A model generated the notes under the pieces. The model was not told where the DNA came from. It saw only the letters and a list, made by a program, of their open reading frames with translations, and did not search any database. Shown piece by piece: positions 1-14,200 of a stretch of 64,000 bases of DNA. Source of the DNA: Antedon mediterranea. Lineage: Eukaryota > Animalia > Echinodermata. The stretch covers positions 518,101 through 582,100 of the forward strand of contig NC_092677.1 in the NCBI RefSeq assembly GCF_964355755.1, given 5' to 3'. The position numbers and the translations under genes were made by a program. How positions within the stretch are numbered: the stretch's first letter is position 1; every line of letters begins with the position of its first letter.

Positions 1-670
1 ATTGTTCAATTTGGCACAATAATTGTGAATTTTTATTTTTTAAATAAAACATGATTGATGAATAATAAATAATAATAACTTTATTGAACATACGCCTTTA
101 AATCGGCGGCACACGTTCTTCTGGACGGTGCGTTCTTACATACATTACATACATTAAGTTAGCCAGAAGGCTAAATAAAGTATAAAGAGAAAAAAAAGAA
201 AAAACATTTAAATGAAAGGAAACGAATTGTATAAAAAGAAACTAAAGAGCAAAAAGTACAATACTTAACTTTGATGGAGTGTTATTATTTATTATTAGTA
301 TTATTATCAATGTTATTAATATGTTAATTTTAAAGAAAATATTATTAGACTTATATTAAAAATGTCATTTAATTTAAATATTATATTGTTTATTATTATT
401 TAATTATTTATGTTCTTGTTAATACTGTATATAATTTAATTATGTTATGAGTTATGATCTTTATTATAATAAACATGAACATAGTTTATATACTATTTTT
501 TTTTTACCATACTCAGTGTTTGTGAGCCGGCCCTTCATGTGCTTGATGTATTGTGGGCTACTTACTGTGCATCTCCAATGAGTTCTGATAGAAGTTTAGA
601 CTCAGTCTCTTTACCTATCCAATAACATTAATTTTTTTCATAAACAAATATTAATGTTTTATTCACAGAT

Positions 671-3600
671 ATGAAATTAAAAATCTTCCTATGCATGTTA
701 ATAGTAGAAGGTAAGTTCAGTTCATCAATGGCGTATTCCTGTCTAGACTAAAATAGTTTATTTACAGAATGTAACATGTCTAAGAGCCATTATACAGTTT
801 ATGCCTGTTATGACGTCATATCAAATTTTGATGAACCTAATCATGTTATCAGATTAATGTCAAACGATAAAGCAAAGAAAGAGATGATGAAAACATGCAT
901 TATGTTTACTTAGTGATTCATTACAAAACATAGCTTAGACAATGTTTGAAGATTGGTTTTCAGTTGGTTTATTTTTAAGATTTTCGCGCCACATAATCAT
1001 TTTAAAACATGAATGATAACAACACAAGTATTAACTTAGCATAGGGTTAAATTGAAAGTTAGACATAGTGAACAAAATGAAAACATTGCACATAAAATAG
1101 AAAAGCCATTAAACTCTATCAGTAATTATAGTATATATAGGCCCAACGTATTATTATTATGTTTATAATATGGGCAAATAATGCATGCAAATGATATATC
1201 TTTGAGAGACACGCCCTTTGGCGATAGTTGTCTTTTGTCTCTCCTCCGTGATCCCTTTTTATGTATCACTAAAAGAAAAGGAATAAATAAATAAACTATA
1301 TAGACTAACTTGCGGAACGAAATTGTGCATTATCAAACTAATTCATAAAATACTTTTGTTGTAAGCTATTATATTTAGCGTGCGATGTCAGACAACACAA
1401 ATATCTGAAGAAGTAATGGTGGAAGTAACAACAAAAGAAGATGTACCAATGGTAGCAAATGTAACACCAAGTCAGTCACCAGCAAACAACACAACTACAG
1501 CAGCACCACCACAAGGTAAAACAGTAACCGTTATCTGCAGGTTATCCTCTTAGTTTCCTTCTTGCTTCCTAAACTTCTCTCTTGATTTCAACCATTACAT
1601 CGAATATTCCTTATTATATATCCCCCTTTTCTTCTCTTCTCTATTTTACTCATTCCTAATTAATTCTTTTTCTTCTCTTTCTTACTCTCCTTTTATCTCA
1701 ACTATTGGGTCTACACAAGTAAATTATTTTCTTTTTTTCTTCTCATTTCCTTGCGTTTTCTTCTCCAACTGCTTTCATTTGTCTTCTTCTGTTTCTTAAT
1801 CACTTTTTTTTCTTTCAACCATTAAACCTTCATCGGCTTTGGGCCTACAGCAGCAACATAAACTATTCCCTTCCTTTCTTTTCTTCTCCTTTCTTCCTTC
1901 TTTAACTCTAAAATTTCATTTGTCTTCGTCTGTTTCTTAATCACTTTCTTTCTCTCAACCATTAAACCTTCATCGACATGGGCCTACAGGAGCAACGTAA
2001 ATACTTAATTTCTTTCTCTTCTTCTCCTTTTTCCTTCTTCTACTCAAACTAATTTCATTTTTCTTCTTCTGTTTCTTAATCACTTTCTTTATCTCAACCA
2101 TTAAACCTTCACCGTCAAATGTATCTCCTCTGTGTTCAAATATCAAATTTTTACAAATTCAATCAATCAAAATTTTGTTTTACTTTTTTCACAGTCAATA
2201 TGACGACTAAAGATTCTGGTGAAAGCAGCGACAGTAAGTTTTATTGTAGCAAAATGGAAATTTTACACTATTCATCTTGAGTGTGTGAATGTACATGTTT
2301 ATAACAACAGTGATATAGCAATGGATCCATTTAACAATAGTTAGCAGGTTTAAGAAAACACTAAACGTGCAGTGTAAAGCTTGGTTCCTACTAGGACGTA
2401 ACGCAATGACGTAAACGCAACGTAAGCAACTTGACCAATGACAACCGACAGTTTGAATAATCCATCGCTTGTGATTGTTCAAATCACTTATGTTGCGTCA
2501 CGTCCTTGCGTTACGTCTCTAGTGGGAACCAAGCTAAAGGAGGCACACGTATATCAACCAACAATAAGAGTAATAAGTGTTATTTATTTATTTATTTTAA
2601 GGTGGTGAGTCAAAGGAGGAGGAAGATGAAGATTCAGGTAATTTCTAAAAAGAGGTATTTGAGGAGATATTAACTTTAAATTATTGGATAAAAGCGATAT
2701 ATTAAACCTGACGAAATTTACCGATATGGGTGTTCTTTGAGGGTGGGTGGGTGGGTGTTAGGCAGATCGCACGAAAGGTACCGATGTGGGTCTTCCTTGA
2801 GGGTGGGCGGGTGGTAGGCAGATCGCAAATCATAATTGGGCGTACAAAACATCTACCGATTGTTTTCCAATTTTTGACGATCAGATTCTAAAGACCTGTA
2901 GGAACCAATTACATCACGTTAATTAATTTTGTGCACTAATTGAGGGGGACATGGGGACGTGTGATTGCGGGGAAATTGGGACGTGTTGCCTCACACTCAC
3001 AGTCGATTCCTTGACACAGAGTTTTGGTGTGTCTGGTCCACCAGGCGCGACGACCTACCGACACAACATGCGTAGTCGTCCAGGTCGTCGCAAAGCTCAT
3101 AAGTCTGTGGTTCTAATTTTAAGACTTAATGTTCTTACAGGTGACTTAAGTGGAGGTGCTATTGCTGGTATCATTATTGGTGTCATTCTAGGCCTTGTTT
3201 TAATTGTCATCATTGTATACGTTATTGTGTCAAAGGTTTGCACTAAAGGTAAGTCATTTACAACAAATAAATGTAATATAATATTCGTTATAGAAGTCTA
3301 ATTAAACCTGAATTATACGCATGGCTGATTTTATATGGAAGAAACATGACTCAACATGAATATGACACGACTATACGAAGCGTTATAAAGTCTATATTAA
3401 TTCGATTCATGCCCATCGATTTATTGATTAAAAACATTGTCATTTTTATGTTTTCAGGTGATGCTCAACCCGCCCCAGCAAAGAAAAGGTAAGTACGCAA
3501 GTCAGATAACTGGTATAATATATCGTAACCTTTGACCGGGGCGTATGTTTCTATTCTATGTAGGCCTATTTCATGGAGAAATAACTTATTTTTCCATGGT

Positions 3601-3918
3601 TGTATAAAAAAGCCTTCCGATGATTACATAGTACTTTCTCGGTAAAATCCTCGTCACATTTTTGCTAGAAACAAAATTGATTGATATAATTCAAATATTA
3701 ACATTAGATAAACACTGCCGGCATAGTTTGAACTTGTAGCTAATACTAGATTGTAACAAAAAAAACAACAATAATATGGACAATAACGTCAAATATAAAC
3801 TATGTATTGTTTATTTTACAGTGAAGTACGATACACTGAAGTCGAAAAGGGGGAACCCGCAGCCGATAAAATCGCAGAAGAAGACAAACCGGCGGCAGAC
3901 GCAGAAGTAAAGGCTTAA
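671..3918 (+). CDS. Gene A: small type I transmembrane mucin/proteoglycan-like protein (166 aa, 7 coding exons) with ITIM-like motif
   Basis: Exons 671-710, 1366-1515, 2195-2233, 2602-2637, 3141-3248, 3458-3488, 3822-3918; all GT-AG and phase-compatible, 501 nt. Product: signal peptide MKLKIFLCMLIVEAIIFSVRC, Thr/Pro-rich stalk, acidic Ser-Gly stretch (DSGESSDSGESKEEEDEDSGD), TM LSGGAIAGIIIGVILGLVLIVIIVYVIV, tail with VRYTEV ending EVKA*. Confidence 0.85.
1560..2112. repeat. Pyrimidine-rich ~140-bp tandem repeat (3-4 degenerate copies) in gene A intron 2
   Basis: Motif ttcattt..tcttc.tctgtttcttaatcacttt...caaccattaaaccttca recurs at ~1774, ~1915, ~2054. Confidence 0.75.
2378..2535. mobile_element. 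MITE family A copy (~160 bp, palindromic, PIF/Harbinger-like)
   Basis: Ends agcttggttcctactag ... ctagtgggaaccaagct; related copies at ~4144-4316, ~5700-5790, 27529/29339 (split), ~31366-31650, 32026-32158, 32241-32395. Confidence 0.75.
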
Positions 3919-4143
3919 TAAATTTGACATAAGATAGTTTAAGCTGTAGATATTAAGTGTATAAACATAGGCACAACCTTCTTTAGTTATCTCTACTTAA
4001 TCTATCAATCTTTTAGTACGCCATTGTAATTCTATTTTGTAGCAAACACTTACTTTAGTATTAATATATAATGTATGAATATAATGAACTGGATGGCTGA
4101 ATACCAAAATTTGCCGACTTCAACGCCTTTATCGTGCCTTTAA

Positions 4144-4316
4144 AGCTGGTTTCTAATTGGACGCAACGCACATGGTGAGTTGACCAATCACATGCGACAG
4201 TTCGGGTGACCTATACCGTCGTGATTGGTCAAATTTCTTGCGGTACACTTTGCGTTGTTGCGTTGCGTCCAAGCATAGTCAATAGACTACAACTATTGCT
4301 CCATGGAAACCAAGCT
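4144..4316. mobile_element. Degenerate MITE family A copy just downstream of gene A
   Basis: agctggtttcta...gacgcaacgc...ttgaccaatca...tgattggtcaa...ttgcgttgcgtcc...ggaaaccaagct. Confidence 0.65.
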
Positions 4317-7300
4317 TAAACCAAAGTTCGACAGTGTAGTAACTAATGTTTTTAGAGGACAATTCACACCAAATTAACTTCTATCTTTGCAACAGGCCAT
4401 AGTGCATTAACTTGATTCTTTAATTTTAGTGGTGTCGAATAACTCTAAATATCGAATTAAATACGAATCCATGTGCATTAAATATTTTCTATGTAAATTA
4501 GTTAAGGAGGATCAGTTTCACTATGTAATTTGCTTATTAGATCATGTACATATTAATAATGCTTGCCAGTATTGTACTCTTAGCTTTATATAGTTTACAT
4601 TTTTTTAATACAGGTGGACGAAAGGGCGTCATAGTTGTCGCGCATATACCCGTTTTCTACGCGCAAGCGCGTTAAGTGCTAGTGTTAGTAATTTGTGTAG
4701 AAATAGTACGGTATAAGCCCAGTAGTAATAGTACGGTATAAGCCCAGTAGTAATAGTAGACCATGAAGTTATAAACTCTATGAGTAGACATTTGCTAATT
4801 TTGTATCTTTGATTTTTGATGAAAACAATTAAAATACAACTTACAATAATATTTAGAGTACGAAATACAACTTATTTTTAAATAACCCGGATGGGATGAT
4901 TGATAAATGATATAAAAGCAAAACAGTTTAGGTTGATTTGTGATTTACCGAAACCATCTTCTATCAAGATTGCCAATACACAACATTTCATCAACTACTT
5001 TGCCTTTCGGTAGAAAGGCATATCGGCGAAATTCACTGAAAGCCCAAGTCGTTAGACTATGTTCAAAGTTCAACATGTTTTTAGTGTACACTTACTACAT
5101 TATTCAAACATTACGCAGACAAATCACAGACTCAATAATTGTGATAGCAAAAAGGCAGATTTATTTCTACAATTTATTTACATCATGATGTGCCAACGTA
5201 CGTGATGATCAACTTAAAATTCGCAACAACCAACATTATCATCTAAATAACGTTTTTTAAAGTTTATAAACCGGTAAAATACAATTTAACTAACATTTTT
5301 TCGCTGTAAAATATGAAAACTGTTACACAGCCTAGCACTGTCGAAAAGTCTACATTTTAACAGGACAGTTTAAATTATTTAAAAAACACCACAATCTAAC
5401 GAATTGTGATACGTCAAAATGTTCGATTTTACCATTTATTTACAAAAGTATTTACAGTTAATATATAAACCAAAAACTGTATTAGTTACAGTACGTCTAT
5501 ATTCAATCATATTTTCAATTTCCAATTGCGCGTAATTCAAGATCGCAATTAACCAGATTTCAAAACCAAAGTTCATTGAAAAAAATACACATAATAAAAA
5601 ATTTGGTATTATACTTAAAATTTTGAGACACATCTTCGACTTGAAAGTAAAATGAAACACGTTTTGAGATCCAACAATCAAAATAAAACTTGGGTTTTTT
5701 TTCCAAGCAACGCAACGCTGGCGGGCCGACCAATCACAAGCGACAGTTTGGCATCGTCGTGATTGGTCTAAATACTTGCGTTACGCGCGCGATTAATTCG
5801 ACATACAGCACCAACATTCAACCAACGAGAAACTGGAATGTTTACTTCACAATAATTTAAATTTCCATTCCGCTTCTTTTATAAATCATAATTACTGCAT
5901 TGCGACAATAAAACTATTCACATTTTGTTACAAAAGATATTAAAAATATAAAATTAGAATACAATAAATATAATAATACATTATATATGCATAATAAAAT
6001 ATGATTATTCATTAAAAAAATAACATTTATTAATATTCATTAAAAAGATCATGGATATTCATTAAAAGTGATTAGACATTCAATAAAAAAAAAAGAAGAT
6101 AAATATTCATTAAAAATTATAAATTATGCTAATGAATATCAAATAAAAAATGCTTAGTGACATTCATTAAAAATATTGATTGAATATTCATTAACAATTA
6201 ATGTTTATAATATTCATAATACAATACCGATAACTATTCATTAAAAAACATGAATATTCATTAGCTACGAATAGTTATAGCAGATACGGTATAATATTAT
6301 CAATTAAACACACCAATGTAACAAGAAAACATCGAAAAATCAAATAAAACAATAATTTATGAACATTTGAAATAATTCATAATTACACATTGAATTTGTG
6401 TGGAGGAACAAACTCCTTTCTTCTGTGTCATATAAATAGTCCAGTGAAATATAGAAATTCCCGCTCCGATCCATGTTATATAAGTCAGTCTGTACAAACT
6501 GACTTAAAGATGCCCTAGAGCACAGATACCCTAGAGTAGAGATACCGCACAGAAGAGCAGCATATTGCAAACAGAGTCAATAAACTTCTACTCCTCCTCT
6601 GTGGTTCAACTTTACCACCAGACTAAGACAAGCAGCATATCAAGTAACCAAGAAATATTTTCCCCAAACAAGTTTAATTACTGTGGTTTTGCTTTTGCTT
6701 AATTTCAGCTCAATTCATTTAAACCTATATTGCAAATTATTAAAAACCTGCTATTACTACTAAGGCCTACAATTTACACATTATATTTGATTAATTCTAC
6801 AAAAATACAGTTATACATTATTAAGAAAAACTCTCTGACTACAAAACTTAAGGTGTGCAATGTGTATTTTGGCTTGAGTAAAAGGCACATAAAGTGATAT
6901 CATTCACGAGTGTTGTACATTAATGTTAATTACATTCATAAATAAGATTAGTTATAATACATATAATCAATAATGACATAATTTAAAATGCGCTAAGAAT
7001 ATGCTTACAGTGTATATATACATGTACATTGCTAAAAGATAGTGGAACATAATATAGTGGGAATTGGATATCTAAAAACTCAGTGAAAGAAAAGGCTTCA
7101 CACAACTATAATAAAGAAACTGAATCGCCAATGAGAATGAAGTGACTATGCACCCACTAGAGCAATATAAGGGAAGAAACTCACCAGTGAAATGAACAAA
7201 TGTGAAGTACAGTAAGGAGTACATGTCTTCACCAAACTAAACTAGGAATATGTTACAAAACAAAACTAGCATGATTAATGCTACCAATAAGATATACATT

Positions 7301-8224
7301 AGCCAATACCACATTAAGTGCCATGGTTAGTATTCATTATATATGAACATTCATCAATTGATTAAATATTGCATCGTGATCAATAAGAATCAATAATAAT
7401 CAATAGGAATCAATAATGATCAATAGTAGAAAACTGAAATCACTACAAGATGAGCCACTGTTGAAATAATACAGGTGAAAAGAAAGAAAAATGCTAAAAT
7501 GAGTGTAAATAGCAAAAATGAGTGTAAATAGCTGATTTTGAAAGTGTAAATAGCATCAGCAACCTTACACGTTAATTTAACAGCTACAGCTTAGTAACAT
7601 ACTGAATAATAATAAGCATATGAGGAATGAACTAGTAAAGTTAGGTTTGTGGTACACCATGGGTTTCCAAAAGGTGTACCAATTATTCACACTCACTAGT
7701 AATGTAACATGTGTGAATTAGGAATGTATTATTCATTTGGATTTTGTTCAATTTTACATGGTAACAACATTAAGGTTGCGGATGCATGTGAGTAATGTTA
7801 GTACAAAGCACCTGAAAATAAAAATTAAATAAATAGGGATGAACAAATAAGAATTTGTAATAGCAACAATATATATAAAAGATAATTAATTAAACAACAA
7901 ATAAAATATAAGGATAAATATAATGAATTAGGCAGTGCTACAGAAGCTAAAATGTTTTGACTAGAAAAAACCTATATTAGATATCTTTTCAACTTGGTAG
8001 CAATTGTTTGATACATTTTAATACCTAGGGTATTTTTTTTATTTATGTGAACAATAAAACACACTATCCAATTAAAATAACTAATTTATCTATAAAATTA
8101 AGGCATTGATATAAACTTATTAAATTTCAAATTTTTATATTTTTCTAAAATGTTTTTTTCAAATTCTAATATTTCTACTTTATTTAGGAATTTTAAAATG
8201 GTTAAAATGTTTAAAATGATAGTG

Positions 8225-11200
8225 TTAGACGGTTACAGGCATAGAATTAGCATAGTCATCGTCGTCCGGCCTATCATTATAGTCCTCGCTGCCGTAAGAT
8301 GGTCTGCTATAAGCCCGATCATCAGAGGCATCATAAGGATGATATGCATCCTGCTGTAAAGAACAATTTGTCATGCATGAGTGGCTACATTATGATGAAT
8401 ATTAATGTTATATAATGAATATTCATGAGGTCTATTATATATGTAATCATTGATGTAAATTTTTATAGGTTCATTACCATGCATATTTCAATCAGACAAC
8501 ATTTTAATTCATTATATATTTATGAGTTTCATTAAAATGAACATTCATTCAACATGCTTTATTATTAGATGAACTTGCTCTAACCTGAAAAAGATTTTTT
8601 TGCAAATAAAAATATTATTTGCAGTAATTTTAAACAACTTAATTAATTTTCAAGTAAATTGCAAAACTTGGCTATACAAATGAAAATTTCATTTATTATA
8701 CAAAGCAAAAACAAAACAATTATTTTACAAAAAGAGATGTTAAGAAATATGAAAGCTTTTTGTTATTGTAATAAAAAACCAAAACCATGAAAAAAATAAA
8801 ATCATCAATATACCATAAATTGATCCCACAATGCACCAGTCATTGTCATAGCAACACTACATATTGCAGTTCATGTGCCGTTTTGTTTTAAAATGTGTTA
8901 CATAACTCAGAACAAATTCAAAACAATACTTTTATATGCTGGCAGTCTCTAATATCTATCAGTCTAACCTATAGTAATACACAGGACGGATATCAAGAGA
9001 TTGGTTGGAATGCATAAGTGCCATCCCAAAAAATATCACCATGGAAACAATAGCCAAGCTCAAGATCATTACTTTTCTATCTACCTTTTTTGAAAAAATA
9101 TTAGTAGATTCTTGAAAAAAACTTGAAAATAATAAAAGAACGAAAAGTTACTCTAGTGCAACATTATTGCCGATTATTAAAAGAGAAGACTTCCAAAAAC
9201 CTAAAAATGTGATTATTTAAATACCTAAATTTTCCCAAACTTAGAAGTGGATTCAAACATAACTTAAGAGCAGTGGAAACAAATTAAAAAAACAAAAAGT
9301 ATGTAATATTATTACAAATTACATGTTTACGAATGTACGATGGACGTCCACTGTTGTGTGTTTTATCTGCAGGTCTACGGTAATTCATTCCATAAGGTTT
9401 AACATTAATATAATTTACCTGGTTGCTCTACAAAAATAAACAGTTTTAAACAATATATCAAGACAAAACAGAATTTTATTAGGTTGATTTGGTTCAAAAC
9501 ATGAATAAAATGACACACAAAAATGGAACAATAAGAACAAGACTGAACCAGAATAACCAAAGAAAGTTTTAAAAAATAAAAATGTATTTCCATTTGGGTT
9601 CTTAGAAATGGGATCTAAAGTTCAACTCGACACTAAAACATATTCAATAAGACATCTTAAAATAACATAGCGACAGTATTGCCTGAATCAATAGTAGAAA
9701 GGCTTTTGAAAATCAACCTCTGCATAGTAATCACTGTATTATGGGCATATATAGTTTAAGCATAATGTTGCTTCCAGGCTATAATGTGGATATTTCCTAA
9801 CCATAGACTTGATCCTGCTACCCAATGACTACCTTTATTATTTTTAGAAAGCAAATGAAATAGGTGAACATAAAGCTGCTAGGCCATAGAATGAAACCGC
9901 CACAACATATGTTGGATGTTGACATTAGGTAGGTGAACACAAAGCTGCTAGGACGACGTAACAGAAGAGTACATGATTCAGAAATCAAAGCAAGAATATT
10001 CACTCAAACAATACAAAGGAAATTGAAAGGTAAGTTTGCATAGAATTTTTCTCAAAATCTGAGAGAAAGATTGAATGGAATCATGGAATGGAATCCTAAA
10101 ATGCGATATAATCATGGAATGACCTACCTCAGCATCAGCTGTGGTGGACGGCTTGTCGGAATCAAGAAGCTGAAATGCCATAAAAACAAGTGAAAACACC
10201 ATGACAACACACTATGCTAGTAAAGACAATGAATACTGTCCTCAACATTATGGAGTAACAGATTTGTAGAAACAACACCGCTACCAACGAGGAAAACAAA
10301 GTGTACACTTAATGAAAATAACCAGACACCAACACAGTTGTACACAAGTAGTGTGGGTGAATATTGAATTATTAAGGATAATATTGTAGATTATCTATTC
10401 CAACCATTAACTAGATAGCAAATAACATAGGCCAACATAATGCGGTTAGGTATAACATGAAAAACAAAGCTTTTTCTTTTGGGTGTTGATACAATATAGG
10501 CTAAGCTGGACGGTAGGAAAACTAAGCTATTCCTTATTGGGTGTTGAGATAGGGTAGGTCAAGCTGAGGTCAAGCTGTTAGGTGTAACAGGAAAAACTAA
10601 GCTTGTCCTTATTAAATGGGTGTACTGTTGACAAGGGACAGGCCAACATAACCCTGTATAAAAAACTAAGCTATTTCTTACACCATGTGGTTTAAAATGT
10701 CCTGTACATGAACATCTATTGAGATATACACAGTATACAAAGGGCCTGTACATAAAACAAGACTGATAATTATGAATAAAAATAGTTTGTACGCAGCATG
10801 TAATGATACAATTACAATTAATGGGCGTAGCAACAATGTCAGCTTCAAATTGACGGGCTATAATGCTCTGTCATCACTGCTGGTGAAAATGTGGCATGAT
10901 GACATCACAAAATGATCAATGTTATTACAACTATAAGGAAATAACAATGATGTCACTATGGCACACAAGACAAACAACTCAATGTCATTGTTGTTCTTTT
11001 GTATATGATTAGGCGTTACACATTACTAAATGACATGAGACTTGAATGTGAGCTTAATGTTACACAGCACATCAAAATATATATCAGACATAAACAGCTA
11101 CCTTCGCTGCCTCCTTTGTGCCGTTACTTGGTGGCGCTGTCTTCTTCCCTTGGTTTACACGATTTGGATCTTTTGTGTCCCACGTAACGTCCATATAAGC

Positions 11201-14200
11201 TGAATCAGCAGATCTGAAAGAGTCAAGGATATTCATTGTTGAATTTTTTAATTGTTATTTTTTAATACAAAAACTTTCAGTTTCTCTGTAATTTGGTATT
11301 TAAAAAAATATTTCTCGAAAAGACTACTCATTTTATTTATTTTAGTTTTACTTTCATTAATTCATTTTAATATGAAACAGTCCCAAGTATAAAATCATTA
11401 TAAAAGAAAAACAAAATTTAAATTTGCATATTTCAGGCAATGAATATATTGTGTAAGAACATACTCATCTACTATATAAAATTGATTTTTAATTTAAAAT
11501 GTTATATTTTCTTATTGTAATGTCAGCAGTAGCAACGTTTATATATTAATTTTAACATTCAATAAAGAATATATTAGGACAAATGCAATCAGAATACAAG
11601 GCCCATAATTATGTGGTATTAGACTTACTTTGAAGGTCCATCATCCCCTGAAAAGTAAAAAAAAAACACATTAAAATAAAATTTTATAAATGTTAGCTAT
11701 ACATCCACATGCGATTCACAGTACTGTATCTACAAATACAATAGTACTTCCAATTAGGCAAATTCTATGATACAGCATCACATGAAATGTTATGCAAGAA
11801 GAGCCCATGATACAGGAGTCACATGTGATAAATATGTGATGCTAATTTCAATGTGATGCTGGACAACAATCTATAGAAACATGGCTCATATGTTTCTATA
11901 CAATTTTCACCATATTTATTATTAAGTCATTCTCTATTTAGACGAAACCAAAAACAAGACTTACTGGATTTTAAAACAATTATGATTACGACTGCTAAAA
12001 TAATAAGCATGACAAGTATCCCAACAACAATACCAGCAATGGCTCCAGTTCCTATACCACCTTCACCAGTACTAGGCTCTGTATATAATATCAATCATTT
12101 TAACAGTTAATAGTGCAGTACATTTAGAGCAGTATAGTAATACAACTCTAAAACAAATTTACATTTAATAGTAAAAATTTAATAATTACCTTTATCAGTA
12201 ACTAAAACATTTATACTGACACTAGATGGTTCTGGTGCTCCTGCCGTACCAATGCAAACAACCTCATGTCCATTTTTTTCAGCTGTAAATATCAGAGTAC
12301 TTTCTGACATTTTATCTCCATCCAACGTCCATTCATACTCAAATCCCTCGTCTGAGTCCCCACACTGACAACGTAAAGATACCTCATCACCAACCTCAAC
12401 ATTCATGTTACCATCCACTTTTTTACCGTCATTCACAATAGATAAAGAACCACATGAATCTGTTGAGATAAAACAGATGTATTACTATTACTATTTGTAC
12501 AACTTCATAAATCATTTATGAATCCATAATAATATTAATGATATTATTGTAAAGACCAGGTAATAAACTATTTATTATTTTCAGATATTTACTATAATTT
12601 GCCAAAATGATAAAATATGTAAAATGTTATATAATGCTCTGTAAGAATGTTATTAAGTCCATCATGTGACCATCGTAGCAGATATTGACTGGAAACTTGT
12701 AATTGTCAGTATCAATAAATACAATTTCTAATTTGTGTGTATCTAGCCTAATTCTTGAATGGGGAAAGTTGAGTAAGTATTTTTCATAATAATAATTTTA
12801 ACCAATCCCATAGTCAAGCTTTACCGTAATTATTTCAAGTTCTAAAAAAATTACTTTCAAATACAGTATAATTTTTCCCAGGAATTCCCATTGCTGTTTG
12901 GTTAAACAAACCACCATTGATTGTTGTTTACCAGATGAATCAAACCTTTAATCACGACATGCAGTCGTCATCCAATTCTTAGTTTGAACTAAAGTCTACA
13001 AACAATAACTCATACAAAACCTAATGCAAACCAAACAATTCTGAACATCTTTCAGCAGAATTTCAATTTATAAACTTATTTCCTTATTAATAATTATTTG
13101 AATATAATAAACAACTCTAGTACATAAAGTTTAAAGCAACAGGATATCTTATAAATAACATTGAGTAAGTGCATTGAGGCGTACATTTAGTGGTGGTGCA
13201 TTCTCTGTTTTGGTTATTGTACTGTATAAGGTATAAATACTAGATATATATGGTTCACTTGGCATGTTAAAGAGTATACACACACACACAAGAGTACTAC
13301 AAGTATACGTATCATTACAAGCTATAATAAAATGGCTCAAATTGCAAACAAAAATCACAGACTTTAGGTTGAAAGTTGAGTACACTGACTTCACATTATA
13401 ATAGGTTTTCATTGTAAGGTACACTAGTGGTGGTAATGTGCTATAGTGATAAGAGTGCATACAGTGAAAGAAAACCCCTTTATACACTAGTACAGGCTAT
13501 AAACAAAATGTGAGGAGCTCTGTCTACACTATCAAACTTAATGTGACAACAAAATGTGATGTGCCCATATATGGACATAATGATCTCATATCACTACCAT
13601 ATTTGGGCATATTATCACTACCATATTTGGGCACATCACACTTTTTTTTGTCAAACTAGTTTCATAGTGTAGACAGAGCTTTACACACACTCAACATCAA
13701 AACAAAGGTAAACATCCAAGTTTAACACAATGTGCAGCACACATCAAACACTGATTGAATGAATATTATAATAGTAGTAAACATCTGTACTCTCTACTGT
13801 AAATAACATAATTATGTGGCAGACTCATGATCATTATACAGGTGGTGTACTGTAAATAACATAATTATGTGGCAGCCTCATGATCATTATACAGGTGTAC
13901 TACTGTAAATATTATGATTGTAAATTAATGGTAAAAACAGAAGGTTTTGCTCAATAAACAGGTGGATTACCATGCACATTAGTTTAAAGTTATATATTTC
14001 TTTTTTATATTTTATAACATAAGACAGGCAAAGGTATGTAGTATGGATATTAAAATAGTTCACAGCAAACACATCAATTAATTCATGTTACTAGCTAATT
14101 GCATGTAAAATACATTCAGCCAACATGAATGCACATTACATTGTAAACATGCATCATGTTATGAAGATTATAGCAAACATGCATGTCAAAGGGCATTTTA

